64,000 nucleotides of DNA, taken from Chitinophagales bacterium. Lineage in GTDB: Bacteria; Bacteroidota; Bacteroidia; Chitinophagales; LD1. Below are positions 39,660 through 48,961 of this stretch, one piece after another; the stretch's first letter is position 1, and each line of letters opens with the position of its first letter. Under the pieces are notes generated by a model. That model made no database searches. It was not told where the DNA came from and saw only the letters and a list, made by a program, of their open reading frames with translations. The stretch is from assembly GCA_044228065.1 (NCBI GenBank), contig JBGAVP010000001.1, positions 26,271-90,270 of the forward strand, written 5' to 3'. A program made the position numbers and the translations under genes.

Positions 39660-41015
39660 ATGAAAAACAATAAACTCATTTACATACTAGGAGGAATAGC
39701 GGTGCTACTAATAGTTTTAGCTCTAGTCGGAAAATCAAAAGGGTGGATAGGCAAGGGAAATGTAAAACAAGTGGCTATAGACAAAGCCACCTATCGTACC
39801 ATAGAAGAAACCGTAACTGCTAGTGGAAAAATTCATCCTGAAACGGAAGTAAAAATTAGTTCCGAAGTTTCTGGAGAGATAATAAAACTGAATGTAAAGG
39901 AAGGAGATAGTGTCAAAAAAGGACAATTGCTTTTAGAAATTAATCCTGTTATTTATGAATCTGGAGTAGCTCAAACACAAGCTGGTTTAAGTCAAGTAAA
40001 AGCCAATAGAATGAGCGCAGAAGCAAGTTTCAACAATGCAAAAGCACAATACGACCAATCTAAAATTACTTTCGAAAGAAATAAATCATTGCACGATCAG
40101 AAGATAATTTCGGATGCAGATTTTGATCAGGCAAAAGCTGTGTATCGCTCCGCTCAAGCTACTTTCGAGACCGCCCAAGAACAATTAAATGCAGCGGCTT
40201 TTTCGGTAAACAGTGCAGCGGCTCAGCTCAAACAAGCTTCTGATAATTTACGTAAGACTTCCATTTTTGCTCCTATGAGTGGCATTGTTTCGCTTTGCAA
40301 TGTAAAGTTGGGTGAGCGTGTAGTGGGAACTGCTCAAATGGCAGGAACCGAATTGATTCGCATAGCCGATTTAAACAATATGCAAGCGGAAGTAGATGTA
40401 AATGAAAACGATGTTTTGCGCGTCAAAACGGGAAACATTGCCGAGATAGAAGTAGATGCTTATTTGAATAAAAAATTTAAAGGAACTGTGACTGAAATTG
40501 CCTATTCCTCTACCTCTTCTACATCGGCTATCAGCACTTCACAAGCCACCAATTTTACAGTGAAAATTAAATTGGACAAAGAATCTTACAAAGATTTAAT
40601 TGACCCAGTTCATGGCCAAGCATTCCCTTTCAGACCAGGCATGTCGGCTACTGTAGATATTAAAACGCAAGCCAAAGAACATGTACTAACGGTGCCTATT
40701 CAATCGGTAACTACTCGCGAAGAAAAAGATTTAAAAGATGAAGACTTCGCAAAAGTAAAGAAGAAAGAAAGTGATGCGGATGCTGATAAGAAAGAAGTGA
40801 AGGAAATTGTTTTTGTAGTAGATAAAAACAAAGCCAATGCAGTGCCAGTAACTACGGGTATTCAAGATGCTAGCTTTATAGAAATTACTTCAGGAATTAA
40901 AGAAGGAGAGACAGTAGTAAAAGCCCCATTCAAACTCATTTCTAAAACACTCAAAAATAAAGATGAGGTAGAGGTAGTAGCAGAAAAAGATTTGTTTAAG
41001 GATGTAAAAGAGTAA
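39660..41015 (+). CDS. Efflux periplasmic adaptor (MacA/HlyD family membrane fusion protein)
   Basis: ASGKIHP, VSGEI..VKEGDSVKKGQLL, IFAPMSG and RPGMSA motifs. Confidence 0.93.
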   Translation: MKNNKLIYILGGIAVLLIVLALVGKSKGWIGKGNVKQVAIDKATYRTIEETVTASGKIHPETEVKISSEVSGEIIKLNVKEGDSVKKGQLLLEINPVIYESGVAQTQAGLSQVKANRMSAEASFNNAKAQYDQSKITFERNKSLHDQKIISDADFDQAKAVYRSAQATFETAQEQLNAAAFSVNSAAAQLKQASDNLRKTSIFAPMSGIVSLCNVKLGERVVGTAQMAGTELIRIADLNNMQAEVDVNENDVLRVKTGNIAEIEVDAYLNKKFKGTVTEIAYSSTSSTSAISTSQATNFTVKIKLDKESYKDLIDPVHGQAFPFRPGMSATVDIKTQAKEHVLTVPIQSVTTREEKDLKDEDFAKVKKKESDADADKKEVKEIVFVVDKNKANAVPVTTGIQDASFIEITSGIKEGETVVKAPFKLISKTLKNKDEVEVVAEKDLFKDVKE

Positions 41016-41020
41016 GATTT

Positions 41021-41917
41021 TTACCTTAAATTTTTTCTCAAAAACTCTCCCAATTTTTTGTTTGCTCTTTTTGCTTCTGGCAACAATTGCCAGAAAGATT
41101 GAAACACATGAAAATAGTTTTTGTAAACATCTATAGTTACCGAAACACCTGCTGCTTTAGCTTTCTCTGCAAAGAGCACCGAATCATCCAGTAAAATTTC
41201 ATCACTTCCCACTTGAATATAAATAGGCGGTAAGCCCTTCAAATCTCCAAATAACGGAGAGGCGTATGCAAGTCTTGGGTCTGCATCACCTACGTAATTT
41301 TTCACCCACAATGGAAAAGCCTGCGGTAGCAGCATGGGCTCTACTTCCTTCTTGGTTTGATGCGAAGGATTGCTTAAAGTCAAGTCGGTCCAGGGAGATA
41401 AAGCGATGGCACACTTTGGCAGTGGTAAATTGTTATCTCTCAAATAAAGCATTGTCGCAAACGCCAATCCACCACCAGCTGAATCCCCACCAAAAGAAAT
41501 ATTTTCTGGGAGATATTCATTTTTCAATAACCATTGGTATGCCTTTACAGCATCTTCTATAGGTGCTTTAAATTTGCTTTCAGGAGCTAGACGATAATCC
41601 AATAGTACAGCTTCTATTCCTGCCTCTAATGCAATCTGCGAAACCATTGCTCTATGTGTATTTGGAGAGCCTACTGCATATCCTCCTCCATGAAAATAAA
41701 GCAATACATTTTTGTTATCAGCATTCTTAGGCATCACCCATTCTGCTTTTAAATCTTCTATCAAAAAGGGCTCATATTCCACATCGGGATGATGAGAAGG
41801 TGTTCGCTTAGAAATTTTTTCAAACCCTGCTCGAGCGCGTGGAATATTTTCCCATTGCGCTTTTTTCTGATAGCTCTTAATTATTTTCTTGACTAGATAA
41901 AGTTTAAGATTCAGCAT
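41021..41917 (-). CDS. HSL-family (family IV) esterase/lipase
   Basis: HGGGY, DYRLAPE, GDSAGG, EILLDD and HVFQ motifs. Confidence 0.93.
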   Translation of the reverse strand: MLNLKLYLVKKIIKSYQKKAQWENIPRARAGFEKISKRTPSHHPDVEYEPFLIEDLKAEWVMPKNADNKNVLLYFHGGGYAVGSPNTHRAMVSQIALEAGIEAVLLDYRLAPESKFKAPIEDAVKAYQWLLKNEYLPENISFGGDSAGGGLAFATMLYLRDNNLPLPKCAIALSPWTDLTLSNPSHQTKKEVEPMLLPQAFPLWVKNYVGDADPRLAYASPLFGDLKGLPPIYIQVGSDEILLDDSVLFAEKAKAAGVSVTIDVYKNYFHVFQSFWQLLPEAKRANKKLGEFLRKNLR

Positions 41918-41926
41918 GTTTTATTT

Positions 41927-42862
41927 TTATGCAGCCTTTGCCAATTTTTTGGAGATTGCTTTAGCAGATAATTTTTCCTTCAAATATGTTCCCAATTTCT
42001 TGTTAGCAGCCACACCTTCAGGTAATATCATCCAAAAGCCTTGCCATGCATGAAACAAATGCGGCCACACTTCCAGTCTTACATCTACTCCAGCTTTCTT
42101 TGCTTTTTTAGCAAAACGAGTAGCATCATCCAGCAATACTTCGCACTCTCCTACTTGAATGTAAATGGGTGGCAACCCTAGTAAATTTGCAAAAAGCGGT
42201 GATACCAAAGGGTTGGTTAAACTTGCATTGCCCGCATAATTTTTAGCCCAAAGTTTGATGCCATGATAAGGAACCATTGGGTCGATGTGATGATTCTTTT
42301 CGCATGATTTGCCAGATGCTGTCATATCTAACCAAGGCGATAATAATACTGCACTAGTGGGAAGTGGAATCTCATTATCGCGCAAATAAATTAAAGTGCT
42401 CGCTACCAAATTAGCACCTGCTGACTCACCCCCAAACACAATATTTTCTGGTAAATATTTTTTGCGGAGCAGATATTTGTAAGCAGCCACGGCATCTTCT
42501 AGTTGCGATGGATACTGATGTTCAGGCGCCAATCTGTAATCTATAGATACTGCCTTTACTTGGGCATAAGTGGCTATCCACGATATAAGGGCACGATGTG
42601 TTTCCAAAGAACCTGTAGCAAACCCTCCTCCGTGAAAAAAAAGTAATACTTTATTCTTTGTACAATTTTCTGGCTCAATCCATTCGGCATCCATTGCTCC
42701 AATTTTAAAAGAAGTATACTTCACACCTTTCAATTTCCCTGGTAAAAAAATGGCCAATGTTTCAAATGCAACACGTGCCAACTGCGGATGAATAAAGGCA
42801 TGTTGCCCTACCATTTTATAATAACGCAATGCGCTTTTTACAACTTTAAGTCTAAAATTCAT
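41927..42862 (-). CDS. HSL-family (family IV) esterase/lipase, tandem paralogue
   Basis: HGGGF, DYRLAPE, GESAGA, EVLLDD and HAWQ motifs. Confidence 0.93.
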   Translation of the reverse strand: MNFRLKVVKSALRYYKMVGQHAFIHPQLARVAFETLAIFLPGKLKGVKYTSFKIGAMDAEWIEPENCTKNKVLLFFHGGGFATGSLETHRALISWIATYAQVKAVSIDYRLAPEHQYPSQLEDAVAAYKYLLRKKYLPENIVFGGESAGANLVASTLIYLRDNEIPLPTSAVLLSPWLDMTASGKSCEKNHHIDPMVPYHGIKLWAKNYAGNASLTNPLVSPLFANLLGLPPIYIQVGECEVLLDDATRFAKKAKKAGVDVRLEVWPHLFHAWQGFWMILPEGVAANKKLGTYLKEKLSAKAISKKLAKAA

Positions 42863-42874
42863 AAGCTGCTTTTC

Positions 42875-43798
42875 TTATTTCTTTTCTAAATCTTCCCTTG
42901 TATATTCTACTATCATCAACACTTTCCATGCTAAAGAAATATTTCCTTGTTCTATTTCCTGCTTTGCTAAAAGGTGCATTTCCATTTCGAACAAATTAAA
43001 ATCGTGGCCGTATTTACTTACCACTAGTTGAATTTCAGGAACATCTTTTGTCTCAAACAACTCTCTTTCTGTAGGGATGGAAACTGCTGCTGCCAATAGT
43101 CCTAAATCATTACCAGAAAGGAATTTAGAATGCCGAATCATTTCTGGTAATTGATCAAACCCCATTCCCAATTCATCTCCCATTTTAAACGATGGTACTG
43201 AAAAAATGTTTTCAACTCCTACAGTACACCAATTCTGTTTCCCCAAACGAGCGATATACTTCATCTTTAAAGGATCAATACTTCCTTCTTCATCTAAAAC
43301 GGTGTCGTTAATGTGAATCATTACTACTTCACAAATAATCAAATTTCCAGCTCCTCCGTTTTGTCCAGTTTCTATTACTTGCTTTACCAAACATTCAAAT
43401 TGCACAAAGCATTCTGCCACTCTTGGTGGTTTTACTTTTAAAGAACTAACAGCCGTTAGTCCCGATTTTACAAATTCATCTATCCCTTTAGGATACATGC
43501 CTGCAGCCAAATTCATTTGATTTAAGATATCATAATGGGCAATATTTACAACACATTCAGGTACTTCTAAAACATTGTCATGCGTATTTTTAGTAACACC
43601 TGTTCTTCCACTTCTGGCTGGAGAAAAAATCAAGGTGGGAGGATTAGAACCAAACACATTAAAAAAACTGAAAGGTGAAAGATTAGTGTTTCCTTCTTTG
43701 TCTATGGTAGAAACAAACGCAATGGGGCGAGGAGCAATAGCACTTAGTAAATGCTCATGCAATTTTTGCGGTGTTAAATCTTTAGGATCGAAATTCAT
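42875..43798 (-). CDS. Flavin reductase (DIM6/NTAB) family protein
   Basis: PRPIAFVST, NLSPFSFFN and VKPPRVAEC motifs. Start MNFDPK. Confidence 0.9.
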   Translation of the reverse strand: MNFDPKDLTPQKLHEHLLSAIAPRPIAFVSTIDKEGNTNLSPFSFFNVFGSNPPTLIFSPARSGRTGVTKNTHDNVLEVPECVVNIAHYDILNQMNLAAGMYPKGIDEFVKSGLTAVSSLKVKPPRVAECFVQFECLVKQVIETGQNGGAGNLIICEVVMIHINDTVLDEEGSIDPLKMKYIARLGKQNWCTVGVENIFSVPSFKMGDELGMGFDQLPEMIRHSKFLSGNDLGLLAAAVSIPTERELFETKDVPEIQLVVSKYGHDFNLFEMEMHLLAKQEIEQGNISLAWKVLMIVEYTREDLEKK

Positions 43799-43808
43799 TT
43801 TAAGAACA

Positions 43809-45080
43809 TTAGTTAGCTGGTAAAATTTTTCCACTACAATCTCCAAAACCAATACGCACGCCATTTTTCTCCGCAAAGCCTCTTATAACAACCGTATCGT
43901 TATCTTGAATAAATTTTCGTTCGGTGCCATCGGGCAATGTAATAGGCTTTTTCCCTTGCCATGAAATTTCTAACATAGAACCGTACGAATCGGGAGTAGG
44001 TCCACTAATAGTTCCACTGGCATATAAATCACCCACCTTGGTGTTGCAGCCATTTACAGTATGGTGCGCTAATTGTTGCGACATGTTCCAATACATGTAT
44101 TTAAAATTAGAATTACTCACAATTTTACCCGCTCCATTTTCTGGTTTTATTTCTACAGATAAATGGATGTCGTAATTTTTTTTGCCCTCGAATTGCAGGT
44201 ACGGCAACACTTCGGGTTCTTGTTTAGGCGATTCTACTTTGAAAGGCTCTAATGCTTCTAAGGTAACAACCCAAGGTGAAATAGTAGAGCCAAAATTCTT
44301 TCCTAAGAAAGGACCCAGCGGCACATATTCCCATTTTTGAATATCGCGCGCACTCCAATCATTAAATAAAACCATTCCAAAAATATGTTCTTCCGCCTTT
44401 TCGGTAGTAACACTTTCACCCAACTCGGTTGATTTCCCTATGACAAAAGCCATTTCCAATTCAAAATCTAAAAGCTTGGAGGGGCCAAAGCTTGGAGCTA
44501 CTGCATCGTCAGCTTTTGTTTGTCCTTTGGGTCTGCGAATAGGTGTTCCGGAAACCACAATAGATGATGCTCTTCCATGGTAACCCACGGGCAAGTGCAG
44601 CCAGTTTGGAAGCAATGCGTTTGCAGGATCGCGAAACATAACTCCTACATTTGTTGCATGTTCTCTGCTCGAATAGAAATCGGTGTAGTTGGGAATAAAC
44701 AGGGGCATAAAAAGAGCGGCATCTGTTTGCCTCACCAGTGCGTTTTCTCGTAAGGAAGCATTGCTTTTCAATTCCTCATTTTCTTCATTCAGTAAATCTG
44801 AAATACGCTCGCGTACAGCATTAGTGGTGGGTTTGCCGAGTGCTATAAACCAATTGAGCATATTCTTAGAAAGCACACTTTTGTCAAATTCAATGGCATC
44901 AAAAAGCCCCGCTTTTGCTATTTCAGATAGGTCTAAAATTTGCTCTCCAATGGCTACACCTATTCTAGGGGTTTTGGTTTCGGTGGCAAAAATTCCGTAG
45001 GGTAAATTTTGAATCGGAAAATCAGAATCTTTAGGTACATCTATCCATGATTTTAAGTTTGGATTATTGGCTCTGCTCAT
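43809..45080 (-). CDS. fahA: Fumarylacetoacetase
   Basis: DFPIQNLPYG, YTDFYSSREHA, GYHGRASS, DFELE and NDWSARDIQKWEYVPLGPF motifs. Confidence 0.97.
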   Translation of the reverse strand: MSRANNPNLKSWIDVPKDSDFPIQNLPYGIFATETKTPRIGVAIGEQILDLSEIAKAGLFDAIEFDKSVLSKNMLNWFIALGKPTTNAVRERISDLLNEENEELKSNASLRENALVRQTDAALFMPLFIPNYTDFYSSREHATNVGVMFRDPANALLPNWLHLPVGYHGRASSIVVSGTPIRRPKGQTKADDAVAPSFGPSKLLDFELEMAFVIGKSTELGESVTTEKAEEHIFGMVLFNDWSARDIQKWEYVPLGPFLGKNFGSTISPWVVTLEALEPFKVESPKQEPEVLPYLQFEGKKNYDIHLSVEIKPENGAGKIVSNSNFKYMYWNMSQQLAHHTVNGCNTKVGDLYASGTISGPTPDSYGSMLEISWQGKKPITLPDGTERKFIQDNDTVVIRGFAEKNGVRIGFGDCSGKILPAN

Positions 45081-45111
45081 TCGCTTTCTCTTTTATAAAT
45101 TTATTGTAAAG

Positions 45112-45441
45112 TTATACATCAAAACTCCAATCGCTATCGCCAGTGCTATACTGCTGGCGGCTTTTGGCTTTTTCTATTTGTCTTTCAATTATTAAATCTG
45201 TCAAAACCTCTGCATAATTTAAGGACGAATTTTCCTCTAACATTTTCCGAACTTTTCCTTCGTTCACATCTATTCTGTATAAAATCCACATCAACTTTTC
45301 TACATCTTTTTCCAATAATTCTTCTATTCGTTGCAATAAAATTTTGCGCATTTCAGCAAAGCGCCCATCATCGTTTATTGCTTTGGGCAAAAAACTTTCA
45401 TCTATTTCAAAAGAATCAAAAATTTGTTTTTCGATGTTCAT
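45112..45441 (-). CDS. Hypothetical helical protein
   Basis: LYRIDVNE and DLIIERQ..K..R motifs; co-oriented in the operon. Start MNIEKQ. Confidence 0.8.
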   Translation of the reverse strand: MNIEKQIFDSFEIDESFLPKAINDDGRFAEMRKILLQRIEELLEKDVEKLMWILYRIDVNEGKVRKMLEENSSLNYAEVLTDLIIERQIEKAKSRQQYSTGDSDWSFDV

Positions 45442-45463
45442 GTGATGAAGATAAAATGATTTT

Positions 45464-46282
45464 TCAATTGACTGCCGAAGAAGAATGAACACCCATTCCA
45501 AACAAAGCAAAATCATATTTCACAGGGTCTTTGACATCAAAAGATTGGAGATTTTCAGTTAATTCTAAAACAGTTTCCCAATCCGTTTGGGCTCTATGTA
45601 TTAAGCCTAAATTTCGCGCTACTCTATCTACATGCACATCGAGCGGAATCAATAGCTGTGAGGGTTTTATATTAGACCAAATTCCAAAATCTACGCCACT
45701 TTTATCTTTCCGCACCATCCATCTTAAAAACATATTGATGCGCTTACAGGTCGACTTTCGAATGGGAGTAGCCACGTGTTTTTTAGTGCGATGTGGAAAA
45801 TCTTCTAACGAAAAAAACAACTCATGAAAACCAGCAATGGCATTTTCTGTAGTAGCTGCTTTCTTATTTAGGTGTTGTGAAAAAGCAGTTTCAAGAGATT
45901 CGTTTTTACTGTAGTAGTTTTTAAAAAACTCAATAAAGTAAAGCGTATCGGTAGCGTTAAAAGTGCGATGCTTAAAATCTAAAAAGCATTTTAAGTCTTT
46001 CTCTTTATGGTTCAAAATAAAATCATGTGGCGCATTATCCATCCACTGCATAAGTCTGGAAGCATTGGTGATAATAGTTTTGCGCTGACCCCATGCTATT
46101 GTAGCAGCAAAGAAAGCAGCTATCTCTATATCTTGTTTTTTAGAAAACTGATGAGGAATAGAAATAGGGTCGGCAGTGATAAAAGAAAGCTGATTGTATT
46201 CCTGATATTTTCTCTCTAATAACTCAAAGACGAAATTCTTGCTCTTCCTGTAAAGTTGTTTGTGTTTAATGAATGTTGTCAT
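45464..46282 (-). CDS. TIGR02757 family protein (DUF2400)
   Basis: DPISIPH, AWGQR, KRINMFLRWMVR, PLDVHV and DPVKYDFALFG motifs. Confidence 0.93.
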   Translation of the reverse strand: MTTFIKHKQLYRKSKNFVFELLERKYQEYNQLSFITADPISIPHQFSKKQDIEIAAFFAATIAWGQRKTIITNASRLMQWMDNAPHDFILNHKEKDLKCFLDFKHRTFNATDTLYFIEFFKNYYSKNESLETAFSQHLNKKAATTENAIAGFHELFFSLEDFPHRTKKHVATPIRKSTCKRINMFLRWMVRKDKSGVDFGIWSNIKPSQLLIPLDVHVDRVARNLGLIHRAQTDWETVLELTENLQSFDVKDPVKYDFALFGMGVHSSSAVN

Positions 46283-46293
46283 CTTTGTGGAGA

Positions 46294-46953
46294 TTACTTA
46301 TCCTTTACACATCTTATGCTCCATCCGTTTAAAAGTCCAAGCGGTACTCGTCTAACAATTGCCTTGTCATAATCTAAGCCTCGTCCCCATAGACCGCCTG
46401 TTGTTGAATCAATGGTTGTTGAAATATAATCTACGTAACCGTTTATGTTTGCCGAAATAGAACCATTATTATAAATAGTGCCAGCGGGAACTGCAGAAAA
46501 ATTTGTTTTGTTAGTTCCAGTGTTTGTAGGTTGCCAATGGGTGGTTCCTTTTTCTTTTAAGTCATCACCAGTCAAAGAATTGGCTGAAAGAAAATTTGTC
46601 AACTCAGTCCATTCAGCGTCTGAAGGAATATGCCAACCAGTTGGACTGATGCCTTGAACATTGCTTGGGTTTGAACTGCTACTTGCGTGTCCGTTCATAG
46701 CTATTGCCCAAAGATAAAGCCTACCGTAAGTTTGTGCATAGGTAGTGCTATCGTTATTGTAATACCAAGAGTTAGGTGCGTTATAGTTTAAGTCCTCTGC
46801 CATCCACCATTGATTGCCAATCTGGATTGTCTTATAAATTTTCCCATCTCTAATGTCAGTCAAAGTACCTGTTGTAAAAGCCGATATTTGTTTTTCTTTC
46901 TTACAACTTGATATTACGAAAATTAAAAGTAGAACTGCAAGTAGTTTATTCAT
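46294..46953 (-). CDS. FISUMP (Fibrobacter succinogenes major paralogous domain) lipoprotein
   Basis: Lipobox ISS-C; DIRDGKIYKTIQIGNQWWMAEDL, YGRLY, PTGWHIPSDAEW and SIRCVKD motifs. Confidence 0.92.
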   Translation of the reverse strand: MNKLLAVLLLIFVISSCKKEKQISAFTTGTLTDIRDGKIYKTIQIGNQWWMAEDLNYNAPNSWYYNNDSTTYAQTYGRLYLWAIAMNGHASSSSNPSNVQGISPTGWHIPSDAEWTELTNFLSANSLTGDDLKEKGTTHWQPTNTGTNKTNFSAVPAGTIYNNGSISANINGYVDYISTTIDSTTGGLWGRGLDYDKAIVRRVPLGLLNGWSIRCVKDK

Positions 46954-47014
46954 ATAGTCTATTTCTTTTTTTTGTAAAATAAATATTCGTAAAACAAGCT
47001 ATTATACTTCCATA

Positions 47015-48154
47015 TTATCCCAATGCTTGCTTCAAATCCTCTATCAAATCTTCCACATCTTCTACCCCCACCGAAAGACGTAATAAATTATCTACCACAC
47101 CTACTCTTTCCCGTTCTTCTTTAGGGATGGAAGCATGTGTCATGGTAGCAGGATGATTCACCAATGACTCCACACCACCCAGCGATTCTGCCAAAGAGAA
47201 CACTTGAAAAGAAGATGCAATTCTAAATGTATCTTCCAAATCCGAACCTTTCAAAACAATAGAAATCATACCACCAAAGTCGCGCATTTGTTTCTTAGCA
47301 ATAGCATGATTAGGATGGTCCTCAAAACCTGGCCAATAAATCTTTTCAATCCTTGGATGTGTCTTTAAAAATTCGGCAATCTTTCTTCCATTATAACAAT
47401 GTCTTTCCATTCTCAGATGCAATGTTTTGACACCACGCAATACTAAAAATGAATCCATCGGTCCAGGATTCGCACCGCAAGAATTTAAAATAAAATATAA
47501 ATCTCCATGAAGTTTATCATCGTTCATCATCAATGCACCCATCACTACATCGCTGTGCCCACCTAAGTATTTGGTTACAGAGTGCATCACTATATCAGCC
47601 CCCAGTGCCAATGGGTTTTGTAGATAAGGTGAAGCGAAAGTATTATCCACCGCCAGTAAGATGTTATGCTCTTTAGCAATTCTTGAACAGGCTTCTATGT
47701 CTACTATCTGCATGGTAGGATTGGTGGGCGTTTCCAGCCATATCAATTTTGTTCTTTCGTTTACATATTGCTTGATATTATTGGCATCTGTTAGATTGAT
47801 AAAGTGAAATTTGATACCATATTTTGCATAAATCTTAGTGAACATACGATAGCTACCACCATATAAATCATCGCCTGTAATTACTTCATCACCTGGCGAA
47901 AGTAGCTTTATCACAGCATCTTCAGCCCCCATGCCAGAAGAAAAACAGATACAATGTTTTGCATCTTCCAATGCCGCTAAGTTTTTTTCTAAAGCCGAGC
48001 GAGTAGGATTTTTTCCTCTTGCATAGCCATAACCTTTGTTTTTTCCGGGCGACTCTTGTACATAAGTAGAGGTTTGATAAATAGGAGTCATAATAGCTCC
48101 TGTAGTTGGGTCCGGCTCTGCCCCTGCGTGAATTGCTTTTGTTCCGAATTTCAT
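47015..48154 (-). CDS. Cystathionine gamma-synthase/lyase family PLP enzyme
   Basis: PIYQTSTY, NPTR, ETPTNP, DNTF, HSVTKYLGGHSD and AESLGGVESL motifs. Confidence 0.95.
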   Translation of the reverse strand: MKFGTKAIHAGAEPDPTTGAIMTPIYQTSTYVQESPGKNKGYGYARGKNPTRSALEKNLAALEDAKHCICFSSGMGAEDAVIKLLSPGDEVITGDDLYGGSYRMFTKIYAKYGIKFHFINLTDANNIKQYVNERTKLIWLETPTNPTMQIVDIEACSRIAKEHNILLAVDNTFASPYLQNPLALGADIVMHSVTKYLGGHSDVVMGALMMNDDKLHGDLYFILNSCGANPGPMDSFLVLRGVKTLHLRMERHCYNGRKIAEFLKTHPRIEKIYWPGFEDHPNHAIAKKQMRDFGGMISIVLKGSDLEDTFRIASSFQVFSLAESLGGVESLVNHPATMTHASIPKEERERVGVVDNLLRLSVGVEDVEDLIEDLKQALG

Positions 48155-48158
48155 TTTA

Positions 48159-48186
48159 TAGTATTAAGTAGTTAGTATTGGGTATT
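48159..48186. repeat. Imperfect heptanucleotide tandem repeat in a divergent intergenic region
   Basis: TAGTATT AAGTAGT TAGTATT GGGTATT. Confidence 0.55.
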
Positions 48187-48210
48187 AAGATAGGAATCAA
48201 AACTAATAAA

Positions 48211-48954
48211 ATGAATCGTTTCCAAAACAAAGTCGTCATCATTACTGGCGCAGCCAGCGGAATAGGAAAGGTAGCCGCTCTAAAATTCGCTAAAGAGAAT
48301 GCTACCGTTATCATTTGGGATTACAATGAAGTGGGCGCTAAAAAAGTTGCTGATGAAATTATTATTAGTGGTGGCAAAGCATCTTTCCAAAAAGTAAATA
48401 CCAAAAATTTTGATGAAGTGAAACTAGCTGCCAATAGCGCTTTTCAAGAGTTTGGAAAAATAGATTTGCTTATCAATAATGCGGGAATTACGCGCGATGC
48501 ATCACTCCAAAAAATGACAACTGAGCTATGGCAAGAAGTAATAGATGTAAATCTTACAGGTGTCTTTAATTGCACTAAAGCAGTGTCACCTTTTATGATA
48601 GAAAATAAATTTGGGCGCATCATCAATACCTCCTCTGTCGTAGCGCTGTATGGCAATTTTGGTCAGTCCAATTATGTGGCTTCCAAAAGCGGTTTGATAG
48701 GATTGACTAAGGTATGGGCTCGTGAGTTGGGCAAATACAACATTACTGTAAATGCAGTAGCACCAGGCTTTATAGCCACCGAAATGATAGATACCATTCC
48801 AGAAAAAATCATCGAGCAATTTAAAGCTCGCTCTCCGCTACAACGAATGGGAACTCCCGAAGACATTGCAAACGCCTATTTGTTTTTAGCATCTGAGGAT
48901 GCCTCCTATATTACAGGAACGTTACTCAGTGTAGATGGTGGGTTGACAGTTTGA
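48211..48954 (+). CDS. fabG: 3-oxoacyl-ACP reductase (SDR)
   Basis: TGAASGIG, NNAGITRD, GNFGQSNYVASK and APGFIAT motifs. Start MNRF. Confidence 0.85.
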   Translation: MNRFQNKVVIITGAASGIGKVAALKFAKENATVIIWDYNEVGAKKVADEIIISGGKASFQKVNTKNFDEVKLAANSAFQEFGKIDLLINNAGITRDASLQKMTTELWQEVIDVNLTGVFNCTKAVSPFMIENKFGRIINTSSVVALYGNFGQSNYVASKSGLIGLTKVWARELGKYNITVNAVAPGFIATEMIDTIPEKIIEQFKARSPLQRMGTPEDIANAYLFLASEDASYITGTLLSVDGGLTV

Positions 48955-48961
48955 TTTTACA

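Noticed and set aside
46294-46953. Complete diversity-generating retroelement
   Set aside because: No reverse transcriptase, avd or template repeat is in the window.
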